Shown here one piece after another: positions 8,733-17,542 of a DNA stretch of 33,745 nucleotides; within the stretch, counting starts at the first letter, position 1; the number at the start of each line of letters is the position of its first letter. The notes below the pieces were generated by a model. It did not search any database, was not told the DNA's origin, and worked only from the letters and a program-made list of their open reading frames with translations. The translations under genes and the position numbers were made by a program. The DNA comes from an uncultured Aminicenantes bacterium (GTDB lineage: Bacteria > Acidobacteriota > Aminicenantia > UBA2199), in NCBI GenBank assembly GCA_965195285.1, contig CBDAFS010000029.1:1-33745 (forward strand), given 5' to 3'.

Positions 8733-9974
8733 ATGAATATCTACCTGATTTTGATATTGATCACCCTGGTGGTCAAATACATGCTGGATTTCGGGGTCGA
8801 CTGGCTGAATGTCCATCATTTAGAACCAGCCCTTCCAAAGGAGTTCAATGGATTCTATGACAAGGAAAAGTATTTCCGCTCCCAGCAGTATACCCGGGGA
8901 AAAACCGTATTCGGCCTGATTCAAAATACCATCATCACGGCTTTTATCATGGCCTTCATTTTAACCGGTGGATTCAATGTGATTGATCAACTGGTCCGGA
9001 AGCTATCATTCGGATCTATTTTAACCGGTTTGATTTATATTTTGTTTCTGATCCTGGTCTCGGGTATTCTGGATTTGCCATTCCGGATTTATTCGACCTT
9101 TGTGATCGAGGAAAAATACGGCTTCAATAAAACCACGCCCCTGACCTTTATACTGGACCTGGTCAAGGGTTTTTTATTACTTTTGATTATCGGCGGGCCC
9201 CTGCTGGCCATGGTACTCTGGTTTTTTCAGGAGACCGGCCGCCTGGCCCCCCTGTATGTCTGGATAGCCGTATCCCTATTTCAAATTTTTCTGACTTTTA
9301 TCGCTCCGGTGGTGATTATGCCGCTGTTTAATAAGTTCATTCCCCTGGAAAAGGGTGAACTCAGATCTGAAATCGAGAGGTATGCCCGGGATCATAATTT
9401 CAAATTGAAGGGGATTTATACCATGGATGGTTCCAAGCGGTCAGCCAAATCCAATGCCTTTTTTACCGGTTTTGGTCGATCGCGCCGTATCGTTTTGTTT
9501 GATACTCTGGTGGAAAATCACACTGCTGATGAGCTGGTGGGAGTTCTGGCCCATGAAATGGGCCATTATAAGCTCGGTCATATTTTTAAAATGATGGTTT
9601 TTTCTATTCTGGAAACCGGGCTGCTTCTGTTTTTGCTCTCATTTTTGATGAACAATCAATATCTGTTTGCGGCCTTTAAAATGGAGCAGTTGTCCATTTA
9701 CGCCAGTCTGATATTCTTCGGATTTTTGTACGCCCCGGTTTCAACCCTGCTGTCGGTTTTTACCAATGTCATTTCCCGGAAATATGAATATAGCGCCGAT
9801 CGATTTGCAGTCCAGACCACGAAACAAGGAGAGATCTTTGTTCAGGCTCTGAAAAAACTGAGTGCGGACAACCTGTCCAACTTGACTCCCCATCCCCTGA
9901 AGGTATTTCTGTTCTACAGCCACCCGCCGGTGCTGGAGCGAATTCAGGCCATCCGGCAATTAAAACGGGTCTGA
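8733..9974 (+). CDS. M48 family membrane zinc metallopeptidase (Ste24-like)
   Basis: Motifs HEMGH, NAFFTG, RIVLFDTL, SRKYEYSAD and YSHPP; N-terminal TM domain with EEKYGFNK. Confidence 0.95.
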   Translation: MNIYLILILITLVVKYMLDFGVDWLNVHHLEPALPKEFNGFYDKEKYFRSQQYTRGKTVFGLIQNTIITAFIMAFILTGGFNVIDQLVRKLSFGSILTGLIYILFLILVSGILDLPFRIYSTFVIEEKYGFNKTTPLTFILDLVKGFLLLLIIGGPLLAMVLWFFQETGRLAPLYVWIAVSLFQIFLTFIAPVVIMPLFNKFIPLEKGELRSEIERYARDHNFKLKGIYTMDGSKRSAKSNAFFTGFGRSRRIVLFDTLVENHTADELVGVLAHEMGHYKLGHIFKMMVFSILETGLLLFLLSFLMNNQYLFAAFKMEQLSIYASLIFFGFLYAPVSTLLSVFTNVISRKYEYSADRFAVQTTKQGEIFVQALKKLSADNLSNLTPHPLKVFLFYSHPPVLERIQAIRQLKRV

Positions 9975-9984
9975 TTTCCGGACA

Positions 9985-11094
9985 TCAATCCATTTCGGGC
10001 AGGACTTTTTTCAGTTTTTCAATGAAGAAGTCATTGTCCTCTTCAAATCCGATGGTCAGCCGAATCCCGTCGGGTATCCCGAAGGCCTGCAGCGGTCTGA
10101 TGATGACTCCCTCCTTTAATAATCTTTGATGCAGTATATTGATGTTTTTTCCCGGAAAAAATAGTAAAAAATTGGTTTGCGAGGGAATCACCCTGAAGCC
10201 CATATCGGTTAACTGATTGAATAACCGGGTTTTGTTTTTTTGATTCAGCCGGGCCGACTGAAGTTTGAAGTCATCATTTTCCAGAGAGGCCTGGGCGGCT
10301 TTCTGGGCCATGCGGGTAACATTGAAGGGAGGTCTGATCTGGTTCAGGTAATAAATGGTCTTTTCATTGGAAATGCCATAGCCAATCCTCAGGCCGGCCA
10401 GGGCATATATTTTTGAAAAGGTTCTTAATACAATGATATTTTTTCGGTTTACGGCCAGATCAATCCCGCTCAGGTGATCCCGGGGATCGGATACATACTC
10501 TTCATAGGCATTATCCAGGATGACAAAGATTTCCGGGGGAATTTTTTCAATGAAGTCCAGAACTTTTTGCCTGGGGAGCATGGTGCCGGTGGGATTGTTG
10601 GGATTGGCAATAAATATGATTTTGGTTGTTTCATCTACTCGCTTGAGCATATTATCGAGATCATATCCGTACCCCTCATCCATTTCGGCCTCCACATAGG
10701 CCTGATCGCCGGCCTGCTCCACCGTGGATATTTTGAACATGACAAAGGTATTCTTGGAAGATAAAATCCGCTGTCCGGGTTTCAGAAAGGTCCTGACAAT
10801 CATTTTGATGATTTCCACGGAACCGCTGCCCACAATGACATTTTCTTTATCCAAACCATGATAACGGGCGATTTTCTTCAGAAGCGCATGACTGTCTGAA
10901 TCCGGGTATCGGTTTAAAGAGAGGATTTCTTTCTGAATTATGTCGGAGACATTTCGGGGCAGGGTGAAAGGATTTTCATTTGAGGCCAGCTTGACCACTT
11001 TCTCCAGATTGTATTTTTCCTTGATCTCCTCCAGGGGAATTCCGGGAATATAGGGGTTCAAGCCAATGATATTGGGATTTATTAAGTTTTTCAT
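9985..11094 (-). CDS. hisC: Histidinol-phosphate aminotransferase (class II PLP enzyme)
   Basis: Motifs KLASNENP, RYPD, ANPNNPTG, DNAYEEY and RTFSKIYALAGLRIGY. Confidence 0.88.
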   Translation of the reverse strand: MKNLINPNIIGLNPYIPGIPLEEIKEKYNLEKVVKLASNENPFTLPRNVSDIIQKEILSLNRYPDSDSHALLKKIARYHGLDKENVIVGSGSVEIIKMIVRTFLKPGQRILSSKNTFVMFKISTVEQAGDQAYVEAEMDEGYGYDLDNMLKRVDETTKIIFIANPNNPTGTMLPRQKVLDFIEKIPPEIFVILDNAYEEYVSDPRDHLSGIDLAVNRKNIIVLRTFSKIYALAGLRIGYGISNEKTIYYLNQIRPPFNVTRMAQKAAQASLENDDFKLQSARLNQKNKTRLFNQLTDMGFRVIPSQTNFLLFFPGKNINILHQRLLKEGVIIRPLQAFGIPDGIRLTIGFEEDNDFFIEKLKKVLPEMD

Positions 11095-11097
11095 TCA

Positions 11098-11697
11098 TCA
11101 CTCCTGATTGTTTCTCTTAAACAATGACGGCTGCTCTTTTTCCTCAAACATCTCGGTCAATTCCTCGAGTGAAGGCAATTCTGATAGATCGTTCAAACCG
11201 AAATAGAGCAAAAATTCCTGGGTGCTCGAATACAGCAGGGGCAATCCCGGAACCTTTTTCCGGCCGGAGATCCGGATCAGTTTTTTCTGCAAAAGGCTTT
11301 TGATCGGTCCGATGGAGTTGACGCTGCGCAAATCCGACACCTCGGCTATGGTAACCGGCTGGCGATAGGCCACTATGGAAAGTGTTTCCAGGGAGGGGAT
11401 GGTTAATTTTGATGAGGTTTTGGTGGTAAAAAAATCCTTTAAATGCTCATGGATCTCCGGTTTGGTCACCAGCTGAAGACCTCCGCCGGATCTCTTCAGG
11501 AGGATACCCCTTCCATCATCGAGATAAACGGCTTCCATTCTGGATATGAGTTTTTCGAAATCCCCGATGTTTTTACAGTTCAGGTAATTCATTATTTTTT
11601 CAGGTTCCACCGGTTCCTTGGAAACAAAGAGAATGGACTCAATAAAGGCGATCTGTTGATCGATTGAATCCAGGTTGAATGGATGGTCCTCTGTCAT
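11098..11697 (-). CDS. scpB: SMC-Scp complex subunit ScpB
   Basis: Motifs ESILFVS, LETLSIVAYRQPVT, LRSVNS and FLLYFGLNDLSELP; ATGA overlap with scpA. Confidence 0.95.
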   Translation of the reverse strand: MTEDHPFNLDSIDQQIAFIESILFVSKEPVEPEKIMNYLNCKNIGDFEKLISRMEAVYLDDGRGILLKRSGGGLQLVTKPEIHEHLKDFFTTKTSSKLTIPSLETLSIVAYRQPVTIAEVSDLRSVNSIGPIKSLLQKKLIRISGRKKVPGLPLLYSSTQEFLLYFGLNDLSELPSLEELTEMFEEKEQPSLFKRNNQE

Positions 11698-12422
11698 TGC
11701 AGTTGGGATTCAGGGCCTTTTTTCCAGACCGAAATGGAATCAAAATTTTTTTTTTGGATAGCCACAACCAGATGCTGCTTGATCATCTCCAGCAAAGCGA
11801 AAAAACTGACCAGGATTTCTTCAATGGAATCCAAACTTTCGGTGTATTCAAAAAAGTTCATATACTTGTTGGCTTCCACCAGTGCCAGAATCTCCTCTAT
11901 CTTGTGCTCGATTGAATAATTTTTTGACTCCAGGTATAGGTATTCCTCCTTTTCTCTTTTTTTTATGACATTGAGGAAAATTTCTGCCAGCTGAAAGGTG
12001 GACACTTCTTCGATATCGAATTCCTTGTTTTCAAAATGCTCGGAGATTTCCTCTCTTTTCCAGAGTAACAGGGTATCATTTTCCATTTCCCGGAGCAGTT
12101 TGGAAATTTTTTGAATTTTGTCATATTCGATCAGGGTATGAATTAATTTATCCTCGAGGGACTCTTCTTGCGAGCTTCCTGCTCTGGGCAACAGGGAGCG
12201 AGATTTAATATAGATGAGGGTGGAAGCGGTCATCAGAAAATCCCCCTCTTGGCTTGGATTGATTCCCTGGCAATTCTGGAGGTAATAGAGATATTCGGAG
12301 GTGATTTCCGAGATTCTTACATCCAGGATGTTCATCTTGTTCTTGCGGATCAAGTAGAGCAGTAGATCCAGCGGACCTTCGAAAGCCTCGGTTTGAACTT
12401 GGTATATTTCAGTTTCGTTCAT
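11694..12422 (-). CDS. scpA: Segregation/condensation protein ScpA (kleisin)
   Basis: Motifs FEGPLDLLLYLI, IKSRSLLP and FFALLEMIK. Confidence 0.95.
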   Translation of the reverse strand: MNETEIYQVQTEAFEGPLDLLLYLIRKNKMNILDVRISEITSEYLYYLQNCQGINPSQEGDFLMTASTLIYIKSRSLLPRAGSSQEESLEDKLIHTLIEYDKIQKISKLLREMENDTLLLWKREEISEHFENKEFDIEEVSTFQLAEIFLNVIKKREKEEYLYLESKNYSIEHKIEEILALVEANKYMNFFEYTESLDSIEEILVSFFALLEMIKQHLVVAIQKKNFDSISVWKKGPESQLQ

Positions 12423-12473
12423 CTGCTTTTAATCCTGCTTCGGGCAATCGAATCATTATCCATTTGACTCGTC

Positions 12474-13103
12474 TCAGGCCAGTATATTGATGATGAAATT
12501 CAGGATTGGCCTGGCCAGGATATCCAGAAATCCCGCATAAATAATAACAATGAGAATGATGAAGCCATAGGGCTTAATCTTTTGATAAGACTCCAGGGCC
12601 TGTCCCTTCAACAACCCCTCGATAATTCCACTGCCATCCAGGGGGGGGATGGGTATTAAGTTAAAAATGGCCAGAAAAACATTGATGACAATCAGATAGA
12701 ACAGGATCAGGGCAATAATACCGGGATTCATGAGGGAGATGATATTGAGTCTTTTCAAGATGATAAAGATGATAATGGCCGTTATACTGGCTATTATATT
12801 GGATCCCGGTCCGGCAGCGGCGATAAACATGTGATCCCGTTTGGGGTTTCTGAGGTTATAGGGATTCACCATCACCGGTTTTGCCCAGCCGAAAACCGGT
12901 GCACCCATGGCGATTAAAAGCAGGGGGAAAATGATGGTCCCTACCAGATCGATGTGGGCAATCGGATTCAGGGTGACCCTGCCCTGCAGTTTGGCAGTGG
13001 GATCTCCGAAGAGATTGGCCATCCAGCCGTGAGCAGCTTCATGTATGGAAATGGCAAATAAAACTACTGCAAACTGAATCACATAGGTTAGAATTTTTTC
13101 CAT
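12474..13103 (-). CDS. Site-2 protease (M50 family)
   Basis: Motifs HEAAH, GDPTAK, FGWAKPV, AGPGSN and FNLIPIPPLDGS. Confidence 0.95.
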   Translation of the reverse strand: MEKILTYVIQFAVVLFAISIHEAAHGWMANLFGDPTAKLQGRVTLNPIAHIDLVGTIIFPLLLIAMGAPVFGWAKPVMVNPYNLRNPKRDHMFIAAAGPGSNIIASITAIIIFIILKRLNIISLMNPGIIALILFYLIVINVFLAIFNLIPIPPLDGSGIIEGLLKGQALESYQKIKPYGFIILIVIIYAGFLDILARPILNFIINILA

Positions 13104-13112
13104 GATATAGAG

Positions 13113-13141
13113 AAAATAACATAAATGATTATCCCAGTCAA
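13113..13141 (-). promoter_or_regulatory. Sigma70 promoter of the S2P-scpAB-hisC operon
   Basis: TTGACT (13141-13136), 17 bp spacer, TATTTT (13118-13113) with extended TG, 9 nt from the ATG. Confidence 0.55.
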
Positions 13142-13198
13142 CCGGTCAAAATATATTGGATATGCCCTACTGATTTTATTGATTCGGGATAACTTTTT

Positions 13199-13248
13199 TT
13201 GATTTTTTTCGTTTAAATAATATACTTAAATTGATTAATCATAGGAGG
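13199..13248 (+). promoter_or_regulatory. Putative promoter and RBS of the DUF5916-type gene
   Basis: TTGATT (13199), 16 bp spacer, TATACT (13221); AGGAGG at 13243-13248. Confidence 0.45.
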
Positions 13249-13253
13249 CACCT

Positions 13254-15533
13254 GTGATAGGAAGATTTCAAATCATTCGCAGTTTGTCTGGATTCATTTT
13301 TTTGGTTAACCTTTTTTTTCAGGTGTTTCCGGTGTGGGGAGGGTCGCCGGAATCGCGGGAACCGAAATTGCCCGCTCCCAGACAGTATGTGGTCAAACCG
13401 GCCTCATCGGTCATAAAAGTGGATGGAATTCTGAACGAGCCGGCCTGGCAGGATGCGGTAAAGTTGAAAATTCTTTACGAATGGTTGCCCGGAGATAACA
13501 TTCCCGCTCCCGTGGATACCGATGTGCTGGTCACTTTTGATAAAACCAAACTCTATGTGGGGTTTCGCTGCTTTGATCCGAACCCCCGAAAGATCCGGGC
13601 CCACCTGATGGACCGGGATGCCATTGATACATTCATACAGGATGATCATATCAGTATCATGATTGATACCTTCAATGATAAACGTCGGGGCTTTCAATTC
13701 CGGGTTAACCCCCTGGGGGTCCAGGCCGATGCCAATTTCAGTGAGCTGGAAGGGTATGAGGATTTTTCCTGGGATGCCATCTGGAAGTCCGCTGGCAACA
13801 TAACCGGATTCGGATATGTGGTTGAAATGTCTATCCCCTTTAACCAATTGCGTTTTCCCAAAAGCAATAAGCCGCTGACCTGGGGATTTGAAGCCGATCG
13901 TTCCTATCCCCGGAATGTCAGACACCGCATGAGCACCCATGTCCGGGATCGGGATAAAATGTGTATTCTCTGTCAGTTTGATGAAATCAGTGGTTTTACA
14001 GGCATCTCACCGGGGCGTAACCTGGAATTTGCTCCCACTCTGACAATGAACCGGACCGATGAGCGGACAGATTTTCCCCATGGTGAATTGGAATCCGGTA
14101 GCCTGAATTTTGAACCGGGCATTACGGCTCGCTGGGGAATCACACCCAATTTAATTCTCAATGCCGCTCTGAACCCCGATTTTTCCCAGATTGAGGCGGA
14201 TGTGGCCCAGTTGGGAGTCAATACCCGCTTTGCCCTGCGTTATCCGGAAAAGCGGCCCTTTTTTCTGGAGGGGGCTGATTTTTTTCTGACCCCCCTGGAA
14301 GCGGTATTTACCCGAACCGTATTTGATCCCCTGTGGGGAGTAAAAATGACCGGGAAACTGGGTGAAAATGTCCTGGGTTTTTTTGCTACCCAGGATGAGT
14401 TCAACAACCTGCTCTTCCCTTCCAACCAGGGATCTGCCTCCACATCACTGGAGGAAAATGTGTTCAGTGGGGTGATGCGTTACCGGAGGGATATCGGGGC
14501 GGGATCAACCATTGGTTTGCTGTATACCGGACGCGTGGCTGACGAATACCATAACCATGTAGCCGGGATTGACGGTTTCCTCCGCTTGTCCAAAACCGAC
14601 ACACTCAGCTTCCAATACCTGCATTCCGAGACGGATTATTCAGACTCTGTTGCCCATGAATTCGATCAGAAAACCGAATCATTCAGCGGCCATGCACTGC
14701 GTACCGAATTGTATCACAACAGTCGCAACCTGATTTTTCTGGTTCGCTATTTCGATCTGGATGCGGACTTCCGGGCCGATTACGGATTTATCCCCCGGGT
14801 GGATTACCGCCAGGTGACCGGGTATATTGCCCCGGTTATCTGGGGCAAAAAGGGAAGCTGGTTCAACCGCCTGAGTTTCGGCCTGACCGGGAATCTGGTT
14901 CAGGATCAGGATGGCCATCTGACCGATGAGAGTCTAACGCTTTCTTCGGTCTATACCGGTCCCCTGCAGACCCAGATCTCCCCGGCCCTGGTGGCCTCAA
15001 GAGAATTGTACAATGAGGAGATGTTTGAGACCGTTCAACCGGATATTTATATGGAAATGAAGCCAATGGGGGGACTTCGGATTTCCTGGTATTCCAGGTT
15101 CGGGGATTCCATCGACTATACCAATACCCGGCTGGCGGCATCAACGCTGTTGAATCCCGGAGTGGAGTTTGCCATTGGGAAACATATCAATATCAATCTC
15201 AGTCATATCTATGAGCGCATGTCATTAGAGGGGAATAAAATTTATATAGCCAACCTGCTTCAGACCAGGTTTGTCTATAATTTCAGCGTGCGTTCTTTCA
15301 TCAGGGCCATTATTCAATATATCGATATTGACCGGAACCTGGATCTGTACAGTGTTGAAACGGAGGCCCGCACCAAACAATTTTTCACCCAGTTTTTGTT
15401 TTCCTACAAGATTAACCCCCAGACCGTTCTGTTCCTGGGTTATTCGGACAATCATTTTGGCATGAATGGCATTGATCTCACCAGGGCGGACCGCACCTTC
15501 TTCTTAAAAATCGGCTATGCCCTGGTTTTGTAG
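13254..15533 (+). CDS. Secreted/outer-membrane protein with a CBM9-like domain and DUF5916-type barrel region
   Basis: Signal-like N-terminus, VDGILNEPAW, DTFNDKRRGFQFRVNPLGVQAD, NPDFSQIEAD, YPEKRPFFLEG; amphipathic C-terminal strand FFLKIGY. Confidence 0.8.
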   Translation: MIGRFQIIRSLSGFIFLVNLFFQVFPVWGGSPESREPKLPAPRQYVVKPASSVIKVDGILNEPAWQDAVKLKILYEWLPGDNIPAPVDTDVLVTFDKTKLYVGFRCFDPNPRKIRAHLMDRDAIDTFIQDDHISIMIDTFNDKRRGFQFRVNPLGVQADANFSELEGYEDFSWDAIWKSAGNITGFGYVVEMSIPFNQLRFPKSNKPLTWGFEADRSYPRNVRHRMSTHVRDRDKMCILCQFDEISGFTGISPGRNLEFAPTLTMNRTDERTDFPHGELESGSLNFEPGITARWGITPNLILNAALNPDFSQIEADVAQLGVNTRFALRYPEKRPFFLEGADFFLTPLEAVFTRTVFDPLWGVKMTGKLGENVLGFFATQDEFNNLLFPSNQGSASTSLEENVFSGVMRYRRDIGAGSTIGLLYTGRVADEYHNHVAGIDGFLRLSKTDTLSFQYLHSETDYSDSVAHEFDQKTESFSGHALRTELYHNSRNLIFLVRYFDLDADFRADYGFIPRVDYRQVTGYIAPVIWGKKGSWFNRLSFGLTGNLVQDQDGHLTDESLTLSSVYTGPLQTQISPALVASRELYNEEMFETVQPDIYMEMKPMGGLRISWYSRFGDSIDYTNTRLAASTLLNPGVEFAIGKHININLSHIYERMSLEGNKIYIANLLQTRFVYNFSVRSFIRAIIQYIDIDRNLDLYSVETEARTKQFFTQFLFSYKINPQTVLFLGYSDNHFGMNGIDLTRADRTFFLKIGYALVL

Positions 15534-15593
15534 AGAACATGAATCAATCAGGCTGGGGAAATCCGTTAAATCAAATTTACTTATTTAAGAATG

Positions 15594-17366
15594 TTATTTT
15601 TTGGTTGACGAACTATTCGAATTCGAGCCGGAGGAGCTTGAATTGCGGCTGCCAGTGGTGCTGTTATTATTACTGCTGGTGTTGAATGTTGTACATTGGG
15701 AGGTGCATCTGATCCCGCCCATCACCCGGTTTCCCGTGGATATAACCGAGCGTTTCAGCTGATTTCTGCTTATTTGGTTCATGGTTGCCGAGGTCAATTT
15801 TAGTTCCGGGCAGCGCACTTCATTTTTTCGGTTCGAATAATAAATCCTCAGGTTCATTTTCTCAGACCACCTGGCATCGGGATTCCAGTCAATTCTGGAA
15901 ATGGGCACTCCCTCCGGCTGGGTTCCGGACCGGATCCGGTAATGATCCATTTTCAGCTGGACAGGAACTGACAGTTTCTTTTTTTGAATCCGGTTATCCA
16001 TTATCTTTATCGGAGATATGTTTGCCCGGATTCGGCCATCGATCCGGTTCTGAGCCAAATATGTTTCTACCCGGGATACCGGAATATGGTTCATCCGGCT
16101 TATGATGGCTTGAATATTTTCCGGCAGGTTTTTTAAATCAGGTTTCCGGTTCGGCGGCTTTTGTTTGAACGCCTGTAAATAGCCACTGCGCCATGCTTTT
16201 GCTCCTCCCTTCCGATATATACTGTACAACTCCGGATTTCCATATACTTTATTGATCCAGTAATTGGGGGTAAGATAATGCCAGTTCCAGTAGAGATCCT
16301 GAAGTATGAGACCCGGGAAAAGGGAGTCGGAAAAATACGGGCTCATAGTGGCCCAGAGCAAATCCCAGGGATAATTGACCAGACCGGTTGAACATATTCC
16401 CCGTGAAAATGCATCTCCGGGAATCCAGATCCAGCCATTGGTTTTACTCCAGAACCAGGTCCCCAGGTGGGCCGGAGCCCAGCCCCAGGCCTGGTTGGGA
16501 ACCAGTACCAGTTCTTGATTTATTTTTACGTAGTTGGCATCAAAAAACGGGCGTTTCCCGTGAAATACGAAATCTCCCGGTTTCCAGACATAACCGAACA
16601 GTTCAGTATATTCCCAGCTGCCAAAACGGGTGGAAAACCTTTCGGCAAAGTGAACAATTCCAGGTGACCGCCTGTATATGACCGGTGGAATTTTACTCTT
16701 TCCATAATGCAGGTCCTTGAAATTCCGGTTGATTTTCTGGTTCCATAGGGCAAATTCGATATCAGTATTCTTGTTTTGCACTTTCAGCTGGTGGTCATTA
16801 CCGATCCAGTATCCGTTCCCGGCACCTACCTTCTTTTGTCGGACCGTCTGATGTTTGCCATTGAAAAGAATATCCACCTGACCACGTTTGACAAATACAT
16901 GGGTTTCGCCCTCTGGATTAACGGTGATGGTATTGGTCGATCGGGAGAGCATCTTGATGGAAGCCGTAGGGGTGATGACCTGGAAAATTTCCCCCTTGTA
17001 AACCTGGTTCATGGAATAGAGCTGGCCCTTTTTCAGGTGGAGGGTGGTGATTTTTTCCCTGGAGGTCAAACTGGATGAGAGAATGGTGCTGATCTGCAAC
17101 TCGGTATGTTTGTCCATCCGCATGATGGTACCGTTGTTGAATTGAAGTTCGCCTTTCCCGGAACTGTTGGTATAAATAACATCGCCCGGGACCAGAGGGT
17201 AATTGACAACTGCTTGAATGGCCTCGTCCTGGTTGAATCTGAATATGAATACCTCGCCTTCTACCAGGCCAAAATGACAGTATATATCTTGAATGTTTGA
17301 AAAAAGCTGGGTGCCACACAGCAAAATTAAAACCGCAGTCATGATTCCAAAACCAATTTTTCTCAT
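15594..17366 (-). CDS. Secreted FecR-domain / DUF6600-type protein with a Ser-rich tail
   Basis: Signal peptide; FecR-like NYPLVPGDVIYT...GELQFNNGTIMRMD...TP; Trp/Gly-rich WGWAPAHLGTWFW...GWIWIPG. SD AAGGAG precedes ATG 17366. Confidence 0.75.
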   Translation of the reverse strand: MRKIGFGIMTAVLILLCGTQLFSNIQDIYCHFGLVEGEVFIFRFNQDEAIQAVVNYPLVPGDVIYTNSSGKGELQFNNGTIMRMDKHTELQISTILSSSLTSREKITTLHLKKGQLYSMNQVYKGEIFQVITPTASIKMLSRSTNTITVNPEGETHVFVKRGQVDILFNGKHQTVRQKKVGAGNGYWIGNDHQLKVQNKNTDIEFALWNQKINRNFKDLHYGKSKIPPVIYRRSPGIVHFAERFSTRFGSWEYTELFGYVWKPGDFVFHGKRPFFDANYVKINQELVLVPNQAWGWAPAHLGTWFWSKTNGWIWIPGDAFSRGICSTGLVNYPWDLLWATMSPYFSDSLFPGLILQDLYWNWHYLTPNYWINKVYGNPELYSIYRKGGAKAWRSGYLQAFKQKPPNRKPDLKNLPENIQAIISRMNHIPVSRVETYLAQNRIDGRIRANISPIKIMDNRIQKKKLSVPVQLKMDHYRIRSGTQPEGVPISRIDWNPDARWSEKMNLRIYYSNRKNEVRCPELKLTSATMNQISRNQLKRSVISTGNRVMGGIRCTSQCTTFNTSSNNNSTTGSRNSSSSGSNSNSSSTKK

Positions 17367-17396
17367 TTTTTTCTCCTTAATCTCTATACTACCCAC

Positions 17397-17413
17397 AGCA
17401 ATTTTAATGCCAA
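17397..17413 (-). promoter_or_regulatory. Sigma54 (-24/-12) promoter
   Basis: TTGGCATTAAAATTGCT has exact GG-N10-GC spacing and lies ~30 nt upstream of the start codon. Confidence 0.75.
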
Positions 17414-17542
17414 TTCGAACCCCCTAAACCTGTCACTTATTTGAGACATCCGGATTGGAATCCGAATAAAGGGGTTCATATTCTGAATATTTTTTATTAA
17501 ATGTTGCCCGGATGCCCGGAAAAACCGGATTACAGACCAGGA

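Noticed and set aside
15600-15690. Tandem repeat at the Ser/Asn-rich tail
   Set aside because: Low complexity only at the protein level; codons vary and there is no DNA repeat unit.
15594-17366. Classical FecIRA iron-signalling system
   Set aside because: No ECF sigma factor or TonB-dependent receptor nearby, and the protein lacks the cytoplasmic N-domain/TM layout of FecR.
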